DNA of 12,749 bases. Origin: an uncultured archaeon. GTDB taxonomy: Archaea; Asgardarchaeota; Lokiarchaeia; Sigyniarchaeales; Promethearchaeaceae. Location of the stretch: contig CAYRPF010000079.1 of the NCBI GenBank assembly GCA_964426185.1, forward strand, positions 1,672 through 14,420, read 5' to 3'. Below, one piece after another: positions 6,676-12,749 of this stretch. A program made the position numbers and the translations under genes. The notes beneath the pieces are model-generated. The model was not told where the DNA came from. It was given only the letters and a program-made list of their open reading frames with translations, and did not search any database. The number at the start of each line of letters is the position of its first letter. The stretch's first letter is position 1.

Positions 6676-9144
6676 TTAACTAACCATTCTGGTGCGTAAT
6701 TCATTAGCTAAATCCAACTTTCTAATCCGTTTAGTTAAACGTCTGGTGGCTAATCCAATGGAAACTAAACTCAACAGCAAAACTGCCGGCCACGTATACC
6801 ACGGAATTGACAAAGGCATATAAAAACGATCGCCCATTAGATAATCCATCGACTGCCAATAAGCATAATATCCCACTGGAATAGTCAGAATTAGGCTGAA
6901 CAGACTTAAAATGGCATTCTCCCAGAAGATCATCTTTGAAAAATACCTTGGATTGGTACCCATGGCTTTGAATGCAAGAAAATCGCTTTCTCGGCTGATT
7001 AATCCCATATACATGGTGTTAAAGCTGAATAACACACCAATAAACATTCCCACCATGATAAAGAGAATTAAGATACTCATCATTGACTGCATTAATGACA
7101 TCACCGATTGGCGTGCTTGCTTTACATCGGCCCATTGAGCCACGGAAAGATTACTTTCGATTTGATTTCTTATTTCGGTTACATTCACATCCGTTTTTAG
7201 ATCGAACATGAACCCATTAACCATATTCGGCATAATTCCGAATTTAGTGCTGATATTTTCCGAATAAAATGCCTCAATCGACCAAAAAGCGGAATAATCG
7301 ATCATTTCACCCACCAATCCCACTACTTCCACGGTAATATTATCAAAGAGACCTATCTGAATTTTATCGCCAACGGAAATACCGTATTTTTCCGCAATGG
7401 CACCCCCCAAAAGAATTGAATTTGGAGTGGTTTGCTTTAATGAATTTATTGAACCTTTCACTACATTTACATTCCTCAAGGTAGAATTTTCTTGATAGCA
7501 CTCAATAATTAATGTCCCTTTGCTTTCATTCTCAAAATATAATGGAGAGTAAACAGATAATTTCATCTCATAATCAGAAATGGGTTCATCGGGCAGAGAT
7601 TGAATGAACTGTGAAATATTGGATTGGGGAATTGGATTCTGTAGTATCACGTTGTAATCCGCTTTATTGTACACGGAATAGTTGTTATCAATCCCGGTAT
7701 ATATATTTGCGACCATAGCAAGAGAATTTACCATCATTATCATGGAGGTCGTAATGGCTAAAACAGTAATCAGAGATTTGCGCTTACGTAAAAAAATTTC
7801 TCTGATTGGAATTCGCATATGGATAGGATGGAATAATGGATTCCAGCTGAGAAATTTTTCCGAAAGGGTGGATTTAACCGATTTAATCCGGTTGAAAACA
7901 GCGGACATCGCCTCCCTGGGAGTAATTTTTGTTATTGGAAATGCGCTTAATGTCGAGAAGATAATACATATGACAATGGTAATCAATGCACTGAAAATAT
8001 ATTCTTGCCATTCAATTGGAAAAACAAAGGTTTGAAAGGGGAAAAAGCGCGCCATCAGTTTGGTCATGCCCGTGGCAAAGAAATGTCCCAGTGGAATGCC
8101 GATTAATCCCCCAATGAGAGAAAGAATCATTGTTATTTTAACATAATGCATGATAATGGTTGAAGGCTCTGCCCCCATGCTCATATATAACCCGATATTT
8201 TTCCGTTGTGCTTGAACAAGTCGAGAAATCGTATTATATATTGCAACACAGCACATTATTAATCCAATTACACCAAATATTGCACCCATTTTATCCATAG
8301 AACCAGCATCTGCATCGAAAAATGTCCTATCTTCAGTTTCATCAAAAATCGTGAAAGTAGCGGTACTAATGTCAATATTTTGCGAGATAAGCCTTTGAGT
8401 TAAAGATTGGCTAGCATGATTTATCATTGGTTTGTTTAAACGTTCTTCCACAGTAAAAAGAATCTCATTTACCACGGGAAAACCAGCGAATAAAATTTCT
8501 TGCAGTTCGGAAAGATCCACCCAAATAACCGGCATTTGGCCCATTAGCGTCATACCACTTACAGGATCTACCACATAGGTAAAATCTGTATCTTGACCTA
8601 CCGCCATAACTGTAAAATCCCTTTCGGTATTGCCCAGCTGGATAGACACATTGTCTCCTAAATTAACACTTTGACCTAATAAAGATCCCGCAAACCTAGA
8701 TTCTATAATGCAATTAGTTGTTCCATTTAATAACTCTGCAGAATTACTTTGGCCATCTTGAATAGATTCGAGATATACTTGATTAATGCTATTCGGATAT
8801 TCTACACCGATAATTATGCTCGGGAATTTTTCTCCTTTGTAAGTAATTTCAGAATAGATAACTAAGCGACCCTCAATGTCGGCAATGTGGTTTTGCTCCA
8901 GAAATAGAGAATCTTGCTTGATGGTACTAATATTTGTCTGCATTACCGGAGCGGTAAAGGTAAATCGCCCATCCGCCACATGATTAAGTTTTAAGTTTTC
9001 CTCCTAGCTTGCTAACACCATAGTATCGCCTGACCGCATCCCAATGATTAAGGCAATGGTTACCGCCACTATACTGGCAATTAGGATGGACCGGAATTTT
9101 TGGGTTCGTATTTCACGCCACACTTTTCGATCTAACAGGTGCAT
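6676..9144 (-). CDS. ABC transporter permease, MacB/LolE/FtsX-type (two fused 4-TM repeats), with in-frame TAG at codon 47
   Basis: ATG at 9144 (SD-like GGAGTGA upstream, 5 nt after the ATPase stop) gives MHLLDRKVWREIRTQKFRSILIASIVAVTIALIIGMRSGDTMVLAS*EENLKLNHVADGRF..., in frame with the 767-aa ORF. FtsX motifs are QRKNIGLYMSMGA and RESDFLAFKAMGT. The internal repeat start REIFLRKRKSLITVLAI mirrors REIRTQKFRSILIASIV. Confidence 0.88.
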
Positions 9145-9149
9145 GATAC

Positions 9150-9923
9150 TCACTCCATTATCTTTTTATGAACACTTAAACCATTTTTGGAATTGCTTTC
9201 GGCATCAGCGGTTTTTTCTAAAAGTTCTTCAGCGGAATGAATTTGCTCGATTTTTCCCATTTTTAAATGATATATTCGCTGGGCATATTTCGTGATACTT
9301 ACATCATGGCTCACCGCGATAATAGTGATTTTTTCTTCTTGATTAATTTTCTGCATCAATTCCGCAATAGTTTCCCCGGTAATATAATCCAGATTTCCAG
9401 TGGGTTCATCTGCTACCAATATTTTAGGCTTTTTAACCAAAGCTCGCGCGATCGCAACTCTCTGTTGCTCTCCTCCTGATAATTGGCTGGGAAATCTCAT
9501 CTCTTTACCTTTTAACCCGACTTTTTCTAAAATGTCGAAAGATTTTGCTTTAATCTCTTTCAGGTCTTTTACACCCATAAATTCTAGGGATAAACCCACA
9601 TTTTCCCAAGCTCTTAAACTATCGACTAGATTGAAAAATTGAAACACCCATCCGACTTTATCTTTACGATAATCATTTAATTGCTTGTTAGTGTATTCAT
9701 GAATAGGTTTGCCATCTACTTCTATGATTCCGGAGGTTGGATGGTCGATTCCGCCGATCATGTTTAAAAGCGTGGTTTTTCCCGCGCCGGAAGGTCCAAG
9801 AACTACTATAAATTCTCCTTCTTTTATTTCTAAGTTAATTCCATCTAACGCATGGATTATTGTCTCACCAAACTCAAATTCTTTTCGCAACTCAACGGTT
9901 TTCACTATATTTTCGGTTGACAT
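9150..9923 (-). CDS. ABC transporter ATP-binding protein, LolD/MacB/FtsE-like
   Basis: Walker A GPSGAGKT, Q-loop VFQFFNL, signature LSGGEQQRVAIARAL, Walker B ILVADE, D-loop PTGNLD and H-loop VSHD. Confidence 0.96.
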   Translation of the reverse strand: MSTENIVKTVELRKEFEFGETIIHALDGINLEIKEGEFIVVLGPSGAGKTTLLNMIGGIDHPTSGIIEVDGKPIHEYTNKQLNDYRKDKVGWVFQFFNLVDSLRAWENVGLSLEFMGVKDLKEIKAKSFDILEKVGLKGKEMRFPSQLSGGEQQRVAIARALVKKPKILVADEPTGNLDYITGETIAELMQKINQEEKITIIAVSHDVSITKYAQRIYHLKMGKIEQIHSAEELLEKTADAESNSKNGLSVHKKIME

Positions 9924-10007
9924 GATTCTTTCAATTTAAAGTATTTTTAGGGGTTTTTATTGTTTTAGATTAGGAAAAGGATCAAGTATTGTTTTAAGAG
10001 GATTAAA
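9924..10007. promoter_or_regulatory. Divergent promoter region with direct repeat TATTGTTTTA x2
   Basis: An 84-bp gap separates head-to-head genes. TATTGTTTTA occurs at 9958-9967 and 9987-9996, TTTAAA at 9935-9940, and SD-like GAGGA at 9998-10002. Confidence 0.45.
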
Positions 10008-11168
10008 ATGGCAATTCAAGAATCGGAAAAAGCAATAGCAATTCAAGAGTTAGAAAATGAATCAGCAATTCAAGAAATAAAAGAATCGGAAAAAGTAATG
10101 CCCGTATCCACAGGTTTAATTGAGCGTGATATTCATGATCACATCTTAAATTTGGCGGTTATTACTGGAGAACATGTACTTTTTGTGGGTCCACCAGGTA
10201 CTGCTAAAAGCTTGCAAGCATCTGTGTTCTTTAAGAATTTTGATGCAAAAACGTTTTCAGTGCAACTTAGCAAGTTTTCAACTGAAGAGATTCTCTTTGG
10301 GCCGCTGAATATCGAAAAGCTTCGAAAAGGAAAGATAGAATATCTCTATGAAAATAGTATCCTTACTGCTGATTTTGCATACATCGATGAAATATTTGAT
10401 GCTTCAGACGTTCTGTTAAGAACTCTTTTAGGAGTTTTGAATGAACGCAAATTTTCCAAAGGTTCATTTTCGGTAGATGCTCCGTTGATTACGGCGGTAG
10501 CTACCGCTAATTATAGCAGAGTAAACAAAATTACTGAAGCAGTAATAGATAGATTTCTCTTTCAATTTAGAGTTAACCTGGTGAAAGATAAAAGAGCGTT
10601 ATTGAATTACAGAGATCGGAAAGTTACCTCCAAAATTCCTTTAGGTGAAATAAAAAAGCTCAGAAAAAACATTTCAAAAGTATCAATTAGTAAAGAATTC
10701 TTGGAAACTTACATTGAAATCGGAAAACACTTTGAATTTAGCGATAGAAGGCTGATAAAAGGTTTAAATGTTCTGAAAGCAAATGCTGTGCTCCAAGGAA
10801 GGAAAAAAATTTCTGAAGAAGATTTTTTTGTGATTTCCTATCTTGTTGGAATTGAAGAACAAACCATTATGGAAGCGTTAAAATACTTAGCCAAAAAGAT
10901 CCCAGATTCCAAGACGCGAAATAAACAGCTCTTAGATCTCAAGCAAATTGAAAAAGATTGGAAAGCGATAAAGGAACCAAATGAAAACCGTATTCACTTA
11001 TTGAAGGAATTAGAAATAATTAAAAAATTAAAGAAGTTCGATCCGATCGATGAAATTGCGGGAACCGCACGGGATAAGCTTCTTTCCAAATTGAAAAGGC
11101 ATTTTAAGAAATATCGGGATAAATATGTACTTAGTAAGCAGATTAAGGAGATTTTTTATGATGAGTAA
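10008..11168 (+). CDS. ravA: MoxR-family AAA+ ATPase, RavA-like
   Basis: Walker A GPPGTAKS, FSTEEILFGPL, Walker B YIDEIF, LNER, sensor I ATAN, Arg finger AVIDRF and sensor II SDRR. It is coupled to a downstream VWA gene. Confidence 0.9.
   Translation: MAIQESEKAIAIQELENESAIQEIKESEKVMPVSTGLIERDIHDHILNLAVITGEHVLFVGPPGTAKSLQASVFFKNFDAKTFSVQLSKFSTEEILFGPLNIEKLRKGKIEYLYENSILTADFAYIDEIFDASDVLLRTLLGVLNERKFSKGSFSVDAPLITAVATANYSRVNKITEAVIDRFLFQFRVNLVKDKRALLNYRDRKVTSKIPLGEIKKLRKNISKVSISKEFLETYIEIGKHFEFSDRRLIKGLNVLKANAVLQGRKKISEEDFFVISYLVGIEEQTIMEALKYLAKKIPDSKTRNKQLLDLKQIEKDWKAIKEPNENRIHLLKELEIIKKLKKFDPIDEIAGTARDKLLSKLKRHFKKYRDKYVLSKQIKEIFYDE
10011..10095 (+). repeat. Imperfect 27-bp tandem repeat (x3) encoding AIQE-x5 at the ATPase N-terminus
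   Basis: GCAATTCAAGA occurs at 10011, 10038 and 10065. AAGAATCGGAAAAAG occurs at 10018-10032 and 10081-10095. Confidence 0.85.
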
Positions 11169-12519
11169 AAAAATATCTCCAAATTTTTTCTTTCCCCCAT
11201 CAAAAAGTTATTCCGTTGATGTGAGCAAATACTATGATAATAATAGGTGTATATATTACGATGATATGAATAAAGATGAACAAAAAATTTTACCTGATAA
11301 ATATTTTAAGATTGATAAATATTTTCCTGAAAACTTGATATTAAAATCACTCCCCAAATTCCTTCATCAACACCAATTTTTGAATGATTGTCGTTCAATG
11401 TTCGAGTATAGTTCAGGTGACGATATTTCCGTTAACGAATCGGAATTTCGAACAATTTATGAAAAAAAAAAAGAGGAAATTCCTTTGGAACCTAACGGGA
11501 ATTTAAACAAGGAACAAATTTTGAGTGATTTGTATGAAAATTTCAACAAGCCATTGAATTTGAAGCAAAACAACGCTTATCGGAATTTGCTAGAAATAGA
11601 TCAGATTGATGCGGAGAAAATCCACAAATTTTTTACAATTTTCCCAAAATTGCCCTTATTTTTTGATATTGCGCGCTCTGCTAATGGATATTCGGAGAAA
11701 GCAGCCATCTATCTTGTCATGATTTTAAAATTTATCGAGAAACAGGATGGAGATGCAACTTTTAGCACGAATATTATGAAAATCACAAAGCAGTTGAAAT
11801 TCGGGATTCCTCTATTGGGAGAGGTAAATATAGGGAAATTAGCGGGCAGTGGTATGTTGGAACTGAAGAAATTAGAGCAATGTTACGAAATTCAAGAAAT
11901 TTTGGATGAGATTCGGAATAAGTTCTCATATATCGCAGTAGCGAAAAGTAATTTAATCTCAACATTTTATCCTTCTGATGATACGCAACCTCGTTACATA
12001 TTGAATTTTCATGAATCACTGCTTTTGACAGAATTTCTTTATCCAGATGATATATTCTTTCGAAAAATTGCGTTTAAGGAGTTGTTAACCTTTCAACATT
12101 ATAAATATGATGATCGACCAAAAACATATGTCATGTTAATTGATGTTAGCGGCTCAATGGCGGGAAGAAGTATTAATTATGCTTATGCGGCGGCGATTGC
12201 TATGGTGGAAAATATCCATATAGGTTCTCATAAAGGCTATATCCTCTTATTTGACAGTGGAATCTGTGCAACAATAGAATGTAAAAGTGTGAAAATGGTG
12301 ATTGAAGAGCTTCTCTCGACTCCCTTTTCGGGAGGGGGTACAAATATCAATAATGCTTTACAAGAGGCTGATTCCTTAAAGCCTGAGGAGATCATTTTAA
12401 TTACCGACGGCTTTGATTCGGTTAGTTATAAACCGAAAGCACCCTTATATACGATTTTTTGTAGCGATGAGGCTAATGCTACATTAGAAAGAATATCTAC
12501 TAAATACGAAGTGAAATAG
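11158..12519 (+). CDS. VWA-domain protein, ViaA/CoxE-like partner of the MoxR ATPase
   Basis: The C-terminal VWA domain has a full MIDAS: DVSGSM, GGGTNI, ITDG. SD AAGGAG at 11145-11150 favours a start at 11158 (or 11161), overlapping the ATPase stop, rather than 11125. Confidence 0.9.
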   Translation: MMSKKISPNFFFPPSKSYSVDVSKYYDNNRCIYYDDMNKDEQKILPDKYFKIDKYFPENLILKSLPKFLHQHQFLNDCRSMFEYSSGDDISVNESEFRTIYEKKKEEIPLEPNGNLNKEQILSDLYENFNKPLNLKQNNAYRNLLEIDQIDAEKIHKFFTIFPKLPLFFDIARSANGYSEKAAIYLVMILKFIEKQDGDATFSTNIMKITKQLKFGIPLLGEVNIGKLAGSGMLELKKLEQCYEIQEILDEIRNKFSYIAVAKSNLISTFYPSDDTQPRYILNFHESLLLTEFLYPDDIFFRKIAFKELLTFQHYKYDDRPKTYVMLIDVSGSMAGRSINYAYAAAIAMVENIHIGSHKGYILLFDSGICATIECKSVKMVIEELLSTPFSGGGTNINNALQEADSLKPEEIILITDGFDSVSYKPKAPLYTIFCSDEANATLERISTKYEVK

Positions 12520-12747
12520 TCAAGCCGTTATTAGATAGAAAACTGAAAGATAGGCAATGCACAGAACAATATGGAATATCGCAAAAGCGCCACCAGTTTT
12601 AAGAAGTGAATTATAAGTAAACCCTTCTACTCGATTTTTCTTCGCAATGTTTAAGGTCATTAAATCGCACGTTGCTCCTTGGGGAAGAAGGTTGCCACCT
12701 AAATTTATTCCAAGAAGAAATGCGATTAGAACCACATCTGGAATATC
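12520..12747 (-). CDS. 3' end (partial) of an ion-transporter superfamily permease (ArsB/NhaD/SLC13/P-protein-like)
   Basis: LGINLGGNLLPQGATCDLM...FTYNSLLKTG matches the 'GxNLGGNxTPxGSxxN ... F..F.K.G' C-terminal motif. The frame is open to the window edge. Confidence 0.82.
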   Translation of the reverse strand, partial: DIPDVVLIAFLLGINLGGNLLPQGATCDLMTLNIAKKNRVEGFTYNSLLKTGGAFAIFHIVLCIAYLSVFYLITA

Positions 12748-12749
12748 TC

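Noticed and set aside
8945-9003. PYLIS-like hairpin or re-initiation signal after the TAG
   Set aside because: Only a weak GGCGG/CCGCT pairing is visible, and the AGGAGG overlapping the TAG is about 20 nt from GTG 8979, too far for a normal SD.
6676-9923. Somewhat higher GC in the ABC operon as a sign of horizontal transfer
   Set aside because: It was only spot-checked on a few lines, the difference is modest, and there are no boundary repeats or mobility genes. It needs a proper sliding-window and codon-usage analysis.
11125-11157. Upstream ATG start for the VWA gene
   Set aside because: It gives a 44-nt overlap with the ATPase, whereas SD AAGGAG at 11145-11150 fits ATG 11158 or 11161 better.
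737-12019. Short ORFs in the track (737-967, 2327-2521, 2495-2686, 5432-5674, 5541-5726, 6143-6340, 6911-7138, 7682-8035, 9044-9295, 9267-9479, 9400-9642, 9709-9939, 11783-12019)
   Set aside because: All are antisense or off-frame shadows of well-supported genes and carry no motifs.

Overview
AT-rich archaeal window, most likely from an Asgard archaeon of the Lokiarchaeia. This is inferred from a C-terminal IPGF-TM-basic (Loki-CTERM-like) sorting signal and archaeal-type TATA boxes and T-tract terminators. From left to right it contains: the 3' end of a probable Mrp/NBP35- or MinD-like P-loop ATPase; a 242-bp MITE-like or invertible segment (19-bp inverted repeats, 5-bp flanking duplication); a membrane-embedded M28 metallopeptidase; an 881-aa surface protein with a parallel beta-helix and a Loki-CTERM-like tail; a second, frameshifted M28 paralog; a stand-alone 7-TM protein; a MacB/LolCDE-type ABC transporter whose permease has an in-frame TAG at codon 47; a divergently transcribed RavA-like MoxR AAA+ ATPase / VWA pair; and the 3' end of an ArsB/NhaD/SLC13-type transporter. 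No rRNA, tRNA, CRISPR array or transposase was seen.
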